The notes beneath the pieces are model-generated. The model was not told where the DNA came from, did no database searches, and saw nothing but the letters and a program-made list of their open reading frames with translations. Shown here in pieces: positions 1 through 9,807 of a stretch of DNA of 64,000 nucleotides (position 1 is the first letter of the stretch; every line of letters begins with the position of its first letter). A program made the translations under genes and the position numbers. Source of the DNA: Patescibacteria group bacterium (GTDB lineage: Bacteria > Patescibacteriota > Minisyncoccia > 2-02-FULL-40-12 > IGHO2-01-FULL-4-A); NCBI GenBank assembly GCA_038064015.1, contig JBBTUB010000015.1:7093-71092 (forward strand). Reading direction: 5' to 3'.

Positions 1-1
1 G

Positions 2-250
2 GCAAAGTACGAGGCGTTCAACTGGCACGTCATTGAGATCAACGCGCATAATTTTACTGATATCATTGACGCCATCGAAACCGCCAAAGAAATCACCGCA
101 AAGCCCACCTTGATCATCGCCAATACGATCCCCGGCAAGGGAATCAAGAGCATGGAAGGCGATTATCTGTGGCACGGCAAGCCGCCCACTAAAGATGAAG
201 CAAAAGTTTTTATTGAGGAACTGCGCTCGAAGGGAGGTGCGTATGAATAA
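2..250 (+). CDS. Transketolase N-terminal (TPP-binding) subunit, 3' part; truncated by the window edge
   Basis: Manual frame-2 translation ...KPTLIIANTIPGKGIKSMEGDYLWHGKPP...GAYE*; the T-x-x-GKG and WHG motifs fit a split transketolase; the C-terminal subunit follows. Confidence 0.88.
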   Translation, partial: AKYEAFNWHVIEINAHNFTDIIDAIETAKEITAKPTLIIANTIPGKGIKSMEGDYLWHGKPPTKDEAKVFIEELRSKGGAYE

Positions 251-509
251 TTGTAAATGTTTTCACCATGGGTTTGCGAAAGTGATGTCGGTGCTGGCGG
301 GGCTGGCGGCGATCGCGTTTTTGTACACCGCATGGTCAGGGAATTTGTTGTTTGACATGCCCGGCGACGGGTATTTTGCCCACGTCGTGGTATTCTCATT
401 GGTAATGTTTGGCACCAAGATGTGCAAGTGCTGCTGTGACGCCGGTTGCGGCAAAGGCTGCGGCTCAGGAATCTGTATGCCAGGCAACAACGACCACAAG
501 ACGATGTAG
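243..509 (+). CDS. Small membrane protein with Cys-rich ends
   Basis: ATG at 243 after GGAGGT, overlapping the upstream stop; two hydrophobic segments; tail MCKCCCDAGCGKGCGSGIC. Confidence 0.7.
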   Translation: MNNCKCFHHGFAKVMSVLAGLAAIAFLYTAWSGNLLFDMPGDGYFAHVVVFSLVMFGTKMCKCCCDAGCGKGCGSGICMPGNNDHKTM

Positions 510-552
510 TTTCTTCCTCTGGGCCTCTCTGGGCCTAGAGATAAGCAACCAT

Positions 553-1539
553 ATGATCAATCCCGAAGCAAAATTAATTCCGAATCTCTTCGATCCTAAG
601 ATCGAGATGGTCCCGACGCGCGACGGATATGGTCGTGGCGTAGTGGAAGCAGGAGAAAAAGATGAGCGAATCGTCGTGCTGTGCGCCGATCTTTTTGAGT
701 CTACGCGATCGCAGTGGTTTCAAGAAAAATTCCCCAAGCGCGCCATCGAGGTGGGCGTCGCGGAGCAAAACATGGTGACGCTTGCTTCCGGCATGGCGAG
801 CTACGGCAAGATTCCCTTCGCGGCATCGTACGCCGCATTCTCGCCGGGCAGGAACTGGGAACAAATCCGTACCACGATCTGCATCAACAATATGCCGGTC
901 AAAGTCGTCGGCGCGCACGCGGGCATCTCCGTGGGACCCGATGGCGCGACCCACCAAGCCCTTGAAGATATCGCCCTCATGCGGAGCCTGCCTCGCATGA
1001 CCGTCGTCGTGCCATGCGATGCGGTGGAGGCGAAAAAGGCGACCCTCGAGCTTGCCACTAGACCCGGCCCTGGCTATATCCGTATTGGCCGTGAAAAGTC
1101 GCCCGTATTCACGACTCCTGATTCACCGTTTAAAATCGGCCGCGCCGAGGTACTTCGAGAAGGCAAAGACGTGGCGATCATCGGGTGCGGCATATTGCTT
1201 CACAACTGTCTTCTCGCCGCGGAAGAATTGTCAAAAAGCGGCATCGAAGCGGCGGTGATCAACAATCACACGATCAAGCCGATGGACGAAGCCACGATTA
1301 TTGCGGCAGCAAAAAAATGCAAAGCCGTCGTCACCGTGGAAGAGCATCAGGTGATGGCCGGCATGGGATCAGCCGTGGCGGAAGTCCTGGCCCGCAATTG
1401 CCCGACCCCACAGGAATTTGTCGGCATCCATGATCGCTTCGGCGAATCCGGCAAAGCGAGCGAGCTCATCAAGCATTTCCAGCTCGATAGCCCCAGCATC
1501 ATCGCCGCTGTGCATAAGGTGATTAGCAGAAAAATGTAA
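553..1539 (+). CDS. Transketolase C-terminal (pyrimidine-binding) subunit
   Basis: Motifs EVGVAEQNM, GPDGATHQ, VTVEEH; start moved to ATG 553. Confidence 0.93.
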   Translation: MINPEAKLIPNLFDPKIEMVPTRDGYGRGVVEAGEKDERIVVLCADLFESTRSQWFQEKFPKRAIEVGVAEQNMVTLASGMASYGKIPFAASYAAFSPGRNWEQIRTTICINNMPVKVVGAHAGISVGPDGATHQALEDIALMRSLPRMTVVVPCDAVEAKKATLELATRPGPGYIRIGREKSPVFTTPDSPFKIGRAEVLREGKDVAIIGCGILLHNCLLAAEELSKSGIEAAVINNHTIKPMDEATIIAAAKKCKAVVTVEEHQVMAGMGSAVAEVLARNCPTPQEFVGIHDRFGESGKASELIKHFQLDSPSIIAAVHKVISRKM

Positions 1540-1560
1540 CCGGCAGTATACTATCTGCAT

Positions 1561-3135
1561 ATGGAAAAAATACTCAAGACTCTTTTTGGCACAGCAGATC
1601 GAACGGTAGTGTCGGTAATCGTAGGCGTGGTGTTCGTTGGTATGACCGCGTCAGGCGCTATCAATAATCTAGGAGTGGCAATCAATGAGAACCAAGCGGC
1701 GACACCGGAAGCGGCGCTTGATCGCGCTACGATCAATGCCCAGCTGGCAGGAAAGTGCTTTGGCGACAAAACACCGAGGGTATTCTTAACGTGGCCCGCT
1801 ATTAACGGGACGATACAGAAACAAACTGACCGAGGAGCATGGGTCAGTCTTACCAACTCCAACCGCAAGACATTCTATGTTGATTGGGATGCTTCTCTCG
1901 GAACTCAATATGCGTATAGAATCAAGAAATCTCAAAAAACTGTTTCAAATATTCTCAGGCTCCGCGTCACCGCTGCAGGCTGTACCGTAACGCCCATTGC
2001 CGCAGCGGCGACCTCAACCGTTCCGGGACATATAGCGCCTTTCTATACCGATGAAACGATCCGCTTCTCAGTCATCGGCGAACCCAACCGCCCGGTTCAG
2101 TTGTGTTACAAATTTACTTCTAACACAACGCCTCCGAACGGAACTACCGTGTGTGAACCACAAGACGCATCGTTTAATCAAAAGACGACCGTTGATGGAA
2201 CGTGGTCAAAGGAGAAGTCGTTCGGGACGGGTTCAGTTACCGCATGGTTCCTTGTTCAAAACCAAAAAAGCAATGTGCTTCAATTTTCTGTAATCTCACC
2301 CCCAGCGATACCCACTGGACTCACCGCAACACCGGGTTCATTGGCGTGCGACGAAACTCTGACGCCAATCACGTTGACGTGGGATGTAGCTCCTGGCGCC
2401 GTGTCATACACGGTTGGAAAATCCACAGTCTCCGGTGGACCTTATATCACAGTCGCTACTAACCTGACTTCAACAACATATTCCGACCAAGAAAGCAGAT
2501 CGGGACAGTACTACGTCGTAAGCTCTACCGACCAATACGGAAGGGCGAGTCAGTTTTCAGTCGAAGTCTTGGCCGATTTCTTTCCCGGAACCTGCCCGAC
2601 TCCCACACAAAATGCTGATTTGAGTGTTGCTCGTGCTCCAGATTCTCCCGCTAGTACCAATGTATACTGGGGACAAATTGATGTTCCTTTCTCAAAATTA
2701 AGATTCTCGAGCACGCAGGAAGGTTTCTACCTCACGAAATTTACCCTTCGCGGAGGAGGAACGGGCACCCAGGTATCTGATTTCACCGATAACGTTTTAG
2801 AGGTAGGGATCCGCTACCGAAACAAAGCCGGGCAATTAGTAACCAAAAAACAGCTCTTTTCATCCCTCGGAATCGCTACCTTTACATGGCCGACAAGTGA
2901 CCAGGATGCTCCCTATGTGCCAAAGGATAGCGTGGCAGGCATATCCGTGGTTGGTAGTATTAAGTCCGCTGACCAGCAAGTCCGTCCTGAAGGAGCACAA
3001 ATATCAATCGATTTTTCCGGTGAAGCTGGTGACTTCCTTGCACATGGAGAAGACTCGGGAATCGTGCTTGATGGTACCTCACCCTTCATTATCGATATCG
3101 CCGGAAACTCAATGACGGTTTATCAGTCCTTCTAG
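1561..3135 (+). CDS. Membrane-anchored/secreted multi-domain surface protein with a fibronectin type III-like domain
   Basis: N-terminal hydrophobic helix; PAIPTGLTATPG...ITLTWD...GAVSYTV...YYVVSSTD is FnIII-like; Thr/Ser rich. Confidence 0.65.
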   Translation: MEKILKTLFGTADRTVVSVIVGVVFVGMTASGAINNLGVAINENQAATPEAALDRATINAQLAGKCFGDKTPRVFLTWPAINGTIQKQTDRGAWVSLTNSNRKTFYVDWDASLGTQYAYRIKKSQKTVSNILRLRVTAAGCTVTPIAAAATSTVPGHIAPFYTDETIRFSVIGEPNRPVQLCYKFTSNTTPPNGTTVCEPQDASFNQKTTVDGTWSKEKSFGTGSVTAWFLVQNQKSNVLQFSVISPPAIPTGLTATPGSLACDETLTPITLTWDVAPGAVSYTVGKSTVSGGPYITVATNLTSTTYSDQESRSGQYYVVSSTDQYGRASQFSVEVLADFFPGTCPTPTQNADLSVARAPDSPASTNVYWGQIDVPFSKLRFSSTQEGFYLTKFTLRGGGTGTQVSDFTDNVLEVGIRYRNKAGQLVTKKQLFSSLGIATFTWPTSDQDAPYVPKDSVAGISVVGSIKSADQQVRPEGAQISIDFSGEAGDFLAHGEDSGIVLDGTSPFIIDIAGNSMTVYQSF

Positions 3136-3144
3136 TCTAGCTCG

Positions 3145-4767
3145 TTAGTACACTTGGTACGCCTCAAGGAGCGCGTCTTCGTAGACCAGCGGGAGTTTTA
3201 ATTTTGCCATATAGCGCTTTAAATCCTGTTCATCGCGGGGGATCAGGATGTAACGGACGTTGAGATTCATAAGGATTTTTTTGCCGTCTTGTGGTGGAGT
3301 TTTGTTGCGAAAGCGTTCGCCTTCAGCAACTAAATCATGGACTACTAGTGTTTTCTCAAGAAAAGTATTAGCACTAATCGTCGGTCGAGTTGTGTATCCA
3401 TCAATCAAAGGATGCCCGTGGATCGTTTGGTAGTAAAGCACCTTGGCAGGAGCATCGCTAATGTCGATGATTGCATACTGATCACGATCCTGGGCGAGTT
3501 GAGTATAAAAAGGCGAGTAGGTGGTCGCCGATACCTCAACCGGAGCAGGGAAGTACTCGATCATAAGCGCGATCAAAAATATGATAGCCATCGCAGTGCC
3601 GCGGCGATACTGGGTGAGTTTGGTAATAGTTTTACTGACTAAGATCCCTAGGCACAGGGAAGTAACAACAAAAAACCGTGCGGGAACACCGGCATACTGA
3701 AGCACCTCGATATGACGGACAAGCCAGTCATAGGGCAAGTGAAATGACGTCACGACGCGGCCCCCGATTTGGAGGTAGGGACCTAAAGAGAGTATGGCAA
3801 ATAGTAAACCGAGAATAGTCCATAACCAAAAGTGGTTTGTCCTGGCTTTCCCGAAGCCCCACAAGAGCAAAAAGATAACGCTAAGCCCGACATACGAACC
3901 GCTTTCACGCCATCCGGGCCAGTGATTCCAATACCATGAGGTAACTTCATGGTACGCGGATCGGCCACCGGGAATGAAAAAGCTTTTCAGATCATTGGAG
4001 TTTTTCAGGGGATCATGTCCAATAACGTCAAGATCTTGGCTTATGCCACGAGCAACCGTACCAAGATATGGCGAGGCAATGAGCGCAGTGAGCACGGCAA
4101 TAAGGACAAGCCGCAGGATGATGCTACGATTTCGCGAAGCTGCTTTGCATGCAAGCTGCCAGATCACCAAAAATCCAAGCATTAAAAACAAAAAGAAAAA
4201 GTAGTACCAATCAAGGTACGCGGTGAGCCCACAGACGATGCCGGCACCGATCCAATCCCAGCGTTTGCCCTCAAGGGTTCGCAAAACGAAAAGCACGGCA
4301 AGCGGGAACACCTCGATCGAAAGCAGGTGCAGATGCCCGTAGAAATGCACGAGGTGATAGGGCGAGAATGAAAATAAAAATCCTCCGATGAATGCCGCCA
4401 GATGATGCTTGGTGATATACCAACAGAGTGCGTACATTGCCAACGCGGCAAATATAAAATGCGCGATGACAAGAACATTGTAGGCTGCAACAAGCCCGAC
4501 GGCATACGAGAGCACGACGCCCACCATAGAATTGAGAAGCGTGAACGTCTGGAGAAGCAGTGAGATGCCATCGGGCCAATGAAGATAGTTCGTATAAAAA
4601 AGATGAGCTCCCGGCTCAGTGATAGCTTTTTTGATCCACCAAAAATTCCACACAAACTGCCACGCGTCGCCATGCCCCGCAAGGCTTCGAAAATTCAAAA
4701 CCAGCGGATAGAGATACGCCAGCGTGAGCGCGCTATACCAAAGTGCGAATTTTTGCCAGGTCTTCAC
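3145..4767 (-). CDS. Polytopic membrane protein, probable GT-C-fold glycosyltransferase (YfhO-like)
   Basis: About 12 TM segments; GD-x-x-QF-x-WN-x-WW and FSPYH motifs; soluble C-terminal domain ending LNVRYILI. Confidence 0.6.
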   Translation of the reverse strand: MKTWQKFALWYSALTLAYLYPLVLNFRSLAGHGDAWQFVWNFWWIKKAITEPGAHLFYTNYLHWPDGISLLLQTFTLLNSMVGVVLSYAVGLVAAYNVLVIAHFIFAALAMYALCWYITKHHLAAFIGGFLFSFSPYHLVHFYGHLHLLSIEVFPLAVLFVLRTLEGKRWDWIGAGIVCGLTAYLDWYYFFFLFLMLGFLVIWQLACKAASRNRSIILRLVLIAVLTALIASPYLGTVARGISQDLDVIGHDPLKNSNDLKSFFIPGGRSAYHEVTSWYWNHWPGWRESGSYVGLSVIFLLLWGFGKARTNHFWLWTILGLLFAILSLGPYLQIGGRVVTSFHLPYDWLVRHIEVLQYAGVPARFFVVTSLCLGILVSKTITKLTQYRRGTAMAIIFLIALMIEYFPAPVEVSATTYSPFYTQLAQDRDQYAIIDISDAPAKVLYYQTIHGHPLIDGYTTRPTISANTFLEKTLVVHDLVAEGERFRNKTPPQDGKKILMNLNVRYILIPRDEQDLKRYMAKLKLPLVYEDALLEAYQVY

Positions 4768-5275
4768 GGAATAATGGTTCCCAGTTAATATTTCTCAAAA
4801 TTGCCGCGGGATGGTAGGTGATGAGGAATCGGTGGCCGCCTTGCTCCAAAACTCGACCACGATTTTCCGCCATAGTTCCCGTAAGTCCCATACCTGCCAT
4901 GGCGACGCGCCCAACAAGTACAATGAGCGTGGGCTCAACGACGGCAATTTCTTTTTCAATCGAAGGACGGAATTTCGCGATCTCTTCGTCAGTCGGCGTG
5001 CGATTCTTGCCGAGTTCATCTGCTGGCCGATATTTTACAATATTAGAAATATAAAAATCACTTCGCTTCCAGCCGAGCGCTTCAAGCGTCGCGATGAGGA
5101 GCTTTCCCGCGCGCCCGACAAACGGCTTGCCCCGCCGTTCTTCATCTTGCCCCGGAGCTTCTCCGATGATCATGATCTTCGCATCCGGATCACCATCGCT
5201 AAACACGAGCTTTCGACCCGGATAGGCCTTCCTGATGGCCGTCCAGAGATATTCAAGTTTTTGATTTTTCGTCAT
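4733..5275 (-). CDS. Uracil-DNA glycosylase, family 4-like
   Basis: IGEAPG, PFVGRAG, NR-x-P and YHPAA motifs. Confidence 0.9.
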   Translation of the reverse strand: MTKNQKLEYLWTAIRKAYPGRKLVFSDGDPDAKIMIIGEAPGQDEERRGKPFVGRAGKLLIATLEALGWKRSDFYISNIVKYRPADELGKNRTPTDEEIAKFRPSIEKEIAVVEPTLIVLVGRVAMAGMGLTGTMAENRGRVLEQGGHRFLITYHPAAILRNINWEPLFREDLAKIRTLV

Positions 5276-5298
5276 TTGTGGTGTAGCCTGAAGATACT

Positions 5299-6888
5299 AT
5301 GAAAAAACTACTTTTAGCAAGCCTCGTCGCCATGGGGATGGTGCTTGGATTAAGTCAAGCGGCTCAAGCAATACCGGGAGCACTCCCCGGAACGTATAAT
5401 CTTCGAGAGGGGGACGTAGTAGGTGCATCTGCTTATGGTGATCCCGATCTTTTCATTATTAACAAAGATGGGTATAAGCGTCTCTTTTTAAATCCAATAA
5501 TTTTTAATTTTTATGGTCACTTGGGTGGGTACTCAAAGGTGAAGCCGATTAGCATTACCGCTCGCGATCAATTTGAAACATCGCTGTTATTCCGCAACTG
5601 CGAAACCAATGCGCAAGCTATATACGCGCTTGAAGTTACTGGGGAAGACACTGGAAAGCTCCATTGGCTGAATATGACCGGCGATGCTGCCGTAGCTCAA
5701 GATTCACAATTCTTTAGAAAAATCTTCTGCATCAACAACAACGAATACAGCTGGTACTCCATGGGTCCCGCTTATACGTCGTTGTCGCAAATTCCTGCAT
5801 ATAGCCGAACGAGTGGCGAACCCATCTCTTCAAACGCACCGTGCAAAGGATATGAAGTGCTTCGTCCGGTGACGACAACCAATAGCACCAAGGTTACATT
5901 TTCCTTCAACACCTCCAATTGCAGTAAAGGCGTAGCCGTTGAAGTGTCTTCGACGGCAAACTTTAGTAGTCGTACGGAAGTAGGAAGAGTATACGCCACG
6001 GGAGAATATACCTTTACTGCTCACGTGCCATCTCCCGCAGGTCAGCAGGTGTATTATCGCATCGTAGACCTTGCAACTATGAATGTGATTATTACAGGAC
6101 AACCATTTACACTTTCTTCGAGTGTCGTTCCAACTCCCACTCCAGGCACGATTGCTCCCGATGATGAACGCTTATACGAAGTCTCCTATATTGTTTTTGG
6201 CGTTGAAGAATACCATGCAGATTATGGGATGTATCCAACCGATATCACGTGGGCAACAATTGGCAAGTACATGAGTAACGACCTCGAGCTGGTCGATCCT
6301 GCCGGTGGCGCGTATGGATACGCCGTAAATGCCGATCGCACCAAATACCATGTATGGGCAAAGCTTAGCGCTTATTCGAATTGGCTCACGGAAGATTCAG
6401 ATTTTAATTCAGCAGCAGTAAATTGGGGGCCACGTCCCGTCGATGGAACCAAAGAAGTATGCAATTCCAGCTATAATTCTTGTATCTTTGACATCGATTC
6501 ATCTTTGCTTGAGTCAGCCAGAAGCAAGGCGCGCGACGCCAAGCGTATCAGTGATGTAAGTCAAATCCGCACGGCCATCGAACTCTATTACGACGACCAT
6601 GGACAATATCCTTCCGATATTACTGATTCGAAGGTGGTAATCTACTTTGCGAGCGGCACTACACCAAAAGACCCTACGACAAATGCAATATATGGCTATG
6701 CCCACAACTCCACGCTCACAAAGTACCAGGTCTGGACGACGCTAGAAGTTAATAACACCAGCGCATTATCATTCGATGCCGATGTCCCAGCCTACTCAAA
6801 CGGCTGGGGTCCTCGCGCTATCAATGGCGATGACTCAATGTGCAGTACCAACACCACGACCTGCATCTTTGACTTGGGTATTCTGTAA
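5299..6888 (+). CDS. Secreted protein with two tandem pilin/GspG-like globular domains
   Basis: Sec-type signal peptide; SKARDAKRISDVSQIRTAIELYYDDHGQYP pilin helix motif plus a degenerate upstream copy. Confidence 0.7.
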   Translation: MKKLLLASLVAMGMVLGLSQAAQAIPGALPGTYNLREGDVVGASAYGDPDLFIINKDGYKRLFLNPIIFNFYGHLGGYSKVKPISITARDQFETSLLFRNCETNAQAIYALEVTGEDTGKLHWLNMTGDAAVAQDSQFFRKIFCINNNEYSWYSMGPAYTSLSQIPAYSRTSGEPISSNAPCKGYEVLRPVTTTNSTKVTFSFNTSNCSKGVAVEVSSTANFSSRTEVGRVYATGEYTFTAHVPSPAGQQVYYRIVDLATMNVIITGQPFTLSSSVVPTPTPGTIAPDDERLYEVSYIVFGVEEYHADYGMYPTDITWATIGKYMSNDLELVDPAGGAYGYAVNADRTKYHVWAKLSAYSNWLTEDSDFNSAAVNWGPRPVDGTKEVCNSSYNSCIFDIDSSLLESARSKARDAKRISDVSQIRTAIELYYDDHGQYPSDITDSKVVIYFASGTTPKDPTTNAIYGYAHNSTLTKYQVWTTLEVNNTSALSFDADVPAYSNGWGPRAINGDDSMCSTNTTTCIFDLGIL

Positions 6889-6949
6889 GCTCTCCAATCT
6901 TTGATTTTTTGGCCAACTTCTGCTATCCTGCCATAGTATTTTTTAGTCT

Positions 6950-7021
6950 GGGCGACTAGTTCAGTGGTAGAACGCGTTCCTGATAAGAACGAGGTCGTAG
7001 GTTCGATTCCTACGTCGCCCA
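6950..7021 (+). tRNA. tRNA-Ile(GAT)
   Basis: Acceptor GGGCGAC/GTCGCCC; anticodon arm CGTTC-CTGATAA-GAACG; GGTTCGATTCC T-arm; no encoded CCA. Confidence 0.95.
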
Positions 7022-7058
7022 CTTTCTTCTTTCTCTTCTTCTTTGGTATACTACATGT

Positions 7059-7886
7059 ATGCTACAAGAACCAACCGATCTTCCGACCGACAAACCTTAC
7101 ATGCCCGGCACGCCGGGGAAGGATTTTCGCTCGACGAAGCGAGAGGCGCTCAATGTCCCTGCCTCCAAACTTCCCCTCGTCGAGGAGCCGGCACATCCCA
7201 ATGATTTTCGACAGTCATTCCACTGGCGTGTATTTCGCATCATCGCGGAGTTCGTGGACGGATGGCAGTTTTTGGGAGATTACAAAAAGATGGTCACGTT
7301 CTTTGGCTCGGCCCGCTTCAAAGAAGATAGCCCATGGTATCAAGAGGCGCGCAAACTCGGCCATGGCCTCGCGGAACTGGGCTTTGATGTGGTGACGGGC
7401 GGGGGACCGGGCATCATGGAGGCCGCCAACCAGGGTGCGCACGAGGTCCATGAGCATTCCGGCGCCTCGATGGAAAACCATAACAAGAAAGTTGGAGACT
7501 CCATCGGCCTCAACATCAAGCTTCCGTTTGAGCAGCGCATCAATCCGTACGTAGACAAGGCGGTGGCATTTCACTATTTTTTCGTCCGGAAAGTCATGCT
7601 CTCGTATTACGCCCAAGCGTATATTTTCTTCCCGGGAGGATTTGGGACGCTCGATGAGGTCTTCGAAATCATCACGCTCATCCAAACCAAAAAGATCACC
7701 AGCCACAGCCCCGTGATCTTGGTGGGCAAAGCGTTCTGGGCACCCCTCTTGCAATGGATCGAGCAGGGGGTCTATGAGCAATTCAGTGCCATTGACCAAG
7801 GGGACATGAAGATTTACAATCTCGTGGATAGCGCTGAAGAAGCGCTTGAGATCATCAAAAAATCTCCTGAACGCACAGAGTTCTAA
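7059..7886 (+). CDS. LOG-family (TIGR00730-type) nucleotide phosphoribohydrolase
   Basis: FGSAR, TGGGPGIMEAAN, FFVRKVM and PGGFGTLDE motifs. Confidence 0.92.
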   Translation: MLQEPTDLPTDKPYMPGTPGKDFRSTKREALNVPASKLPLVEEPAHPNDFRQSFHWRVFRIIAEFVDGWQFLGDYKKMVTFFGSARFKEDSPWYQEARKLGHGLAELGFDVVTGGGPGIMEAANQGAHEVHEHSGASMENHNKKVGDSIGLNIKLPFEQRINPYVDKAVAFHYFFVRKVMLSYYAQAYIFFPGGFGTLDEVFEIITLIQTKKITSHSPVILVGKAFWAPLLQWIEQGVYEQFSAIDQGDMKIYNLVDSAEEALEIIKKSPERTEF

Positions 7887-7887
7887 T

Positions 7888-7959
7888 GGGCCGTTAGCTC
7901 AGCGGTAGAGCACCTCATTTGCAATGAGGGGGTCAGCGGTTCAAATCCGCTACGGTCCA
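7888..7959 (+). tRNA. tRNA-Ala(TGC)
   Basis: Acceptor GGGCCGT/ACGGTCC with G3:U70; anticodon arm CCTCA-TTTGCAA-TGAGG. Confidence 0.95.
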
Positions 7960-7962
7960 CTT

Positions 7963-7981
7963 CTTCGCTAAAGCTACGAAG
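7963..7981. repeat. Short REP-like palindrome CTTCGCTAAAGCTACGAAG
   Basis: Imperfect palindrome between tRNA-Ala and the pcrA start. Confidence 0.45.
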
Positions 7982-9807
7982 TGCAAGCACAAGATATCTT
8001 ACAGGGCTTAAACCCCAAACAACAAGAAGCGGTAACGGCCATCGAGGGGCCGGTTTTAATCTTGGCTGGTGCGGGCTCGGGTAAAACGCGCGCGCTTACC
8101 CATCGCATGGCGTACTTGATCGCCTCCGGCGTCAGACCCGAAAATATCTTGGCAGTGACGTTTACCAATAAGGCCGCCGGGGAGATGAAAGAGCGCGTGG
8201 CAAAGCTCTGCGGCCACTCATCATTGCCGCTGGTCGGCACGTTTCATTCAGTTTGCTTGCGCATGCTCCGGCAAGATATCGAAAAACTTGGCTATAGCCG
8301 AAACTTTGTCATCTATGACAGTGACGATCAGCAATCGTTGATCAAAACCACGATGCTGGATGCGGGACTCGATATTAAGAAATGGAGCCCTAAAAGCATG
8401 CTGGGTGCCATCTCTGACCTCAAGAGCGAGCTCATCGGCCCTGAAGAATTCGAGCGCAAAGCCAACGGCTTTAAAGAAACTACGGTCGCCAGCGTCTATG
8501 GCGCGTACCAGGCCGCGCTCACCTATGCCAATGCGCTGGACTTTGATGATCTCATCATGACAACCGTCCGGCTTTTGCGAGAGCATCCCGACACGCTTGA
8601 TAAATACCAGGAACTTTTCAAATACCTCATGATCGATGAGTACCAGGACACCAATCACGCTCAGTATGCGTGGGCGAACTTGCTTGCCAAAAAATACCGC
8701 AACATCGCGGTCGTGGGGGATGATGCCCAGTCAATCTACGGGTGGCGCAAAGCCGATATCCGCAACATTCTTGATTTTGAAAAAGACTATCCTGACGCGA
8801 AGATCATCCTCCTTGAGCAAAACTACCGCTCCACGCAGACCATCCTGCACGCCGCCAATAGCATCATCGGCAACAACAAGAATCAGAAACAAAAAAACTT
8901 GTGGACCGAGAATCATGGCGGCAATCACATTACGATCAAAGAAGCTCATGATGTTGCTGAAGAGGGGGAATATGTCATCAGTAACCTCAAGCCCGGAGCC
9001 ACGATCTTGTATCGCACCCACGCACAATCCCGAGCCATTGAAGAGGCTCTGGTCCGCCACGGGATCGCGTACCACATTCTTGGCGGCACCAAATTCTACG
9101 AGCGACGCGAGATCAAAGACATCCTAGCATACCTGCGCCTCATGATAAACCCGGATGATACGGTAAGTTTTCGGCGTGTGTGTAATACACCGCCCCGTGG
9201 ATTGGGGCCGGTGGCAATCAAAAAGAAAACTGAGCCGTATCAAAAATTCGTCGCATTCTTGGAAGAACTGCGCGCAGAAATAAAAAAACCGCTCGCGGAA
9301 TTCGTCCGGCATGTCATTGCCAAAACAAAGTACGAAGCATATATCCGAGACCGCACCACCGAGGGTGAAGAGCGATGGGAAAATGTGAAAGAACTACTGA
9401 CCGCGGCCGCCGGAAAGGATCTCGAAGCATTCCTCGAAGAAGTCGCTTTGATTCAAGAAACCGACAAATTAAAGGGCGATCACGCCACGGTCAACCTCAT
9501 GACCCTGCATTCCGCCAAAGGCCTGGAGTTCCCGCTGGTTTTTATCATCGGTATGGAAGATGGGGTATTCCCGCACTCGCGAAGCCTTTTCGACCCTATC
9601 CAGCTCGAGGAAGAGCGGCGGCTGTGCTATGTCGGAGTTACCAGGGCACGGGAAGATCTCCATCTGATCTTTTGCCGCCAGCGGGCGCTGTATGGGAGCA
9701 CCCAGATCAACCCACCATCGCGATTTATCTTTGAAATCCCGGAAAGCCTCGTCAAATTCATTCCCGCCGAAGGAAGCGGAGGCCAAGACTATGTCATACG
9801 TTACTAA
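7981..9807 (+). CDS. pcrA: ATP-dependent DNA helicase PcrA/UvrD
   Basis: AGAGSGKT, TFTNKAA, DEYQDTN, VGDDAQSIY, LEQNYRS, HSAKGLEF, EERRLCYVGVTRA. Confidence 0.96.
   Translation: MQAQDILQGLNPKQQEAVTAIEGPVLILAGAGSGKTRALTHRMAYLIASGVRPENILAVTFTNKAAGEMKERVAKLCGHSSLPLVGTFHSVCLRMLRQDIEKLGYSRNFVIYDSDDQQSLIKTTMLDAGLDIKKWSPKSMLGAISDLKSELIGPEEFERKANGFKETTVASVYGAYQAALTYANALDFDDLIMTTVRLLREHPDTLDKYQELFKYLMIDEYQDTNHAQYAWANLLAKKYRNIAVVGDDAQSIYGWRKADIRNILDFEKDYPDAKIILLEQNYRSTQTILHAANSIIGNNKNQKQKNLWTENHGGNHITIKEAHDVAEEGEYVISNLKPGATILYRTHAQSRAIEEALVRHGIAYHILGGTKFYERREIKDILAYLRLMINPDDTVSFRRVCNTPPRGLGPVAIKKKTEPYQKFVAFLEELRAEIKKPLAEFVRHVIAKTKYEAYIRDRTTEGEERWENVKELLTAAAGKDLEAFLEEVALIQETDKLKGDHATVNLMTLHSAKGLEFPLVFIIGMEDGVFPHSRSLFDPIQLEEERRLCYVGVTRAREDLHLIFCRQRALYGSTQINPPSRFIFEIPESLVKFIPAEGSGGQDYVIRY

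Noticed and set aside
6964-7395. ORF-track entries overlapping tRNAs or antisense to real genes (e.g. 6964-7395, 44675-44953, 45692-46483, 47373-47651, 49526-50158, 51110-51340)
   Set aside because: Shadow ORFs with no motifs, explained by tRNAs or by genes on another frame or strand
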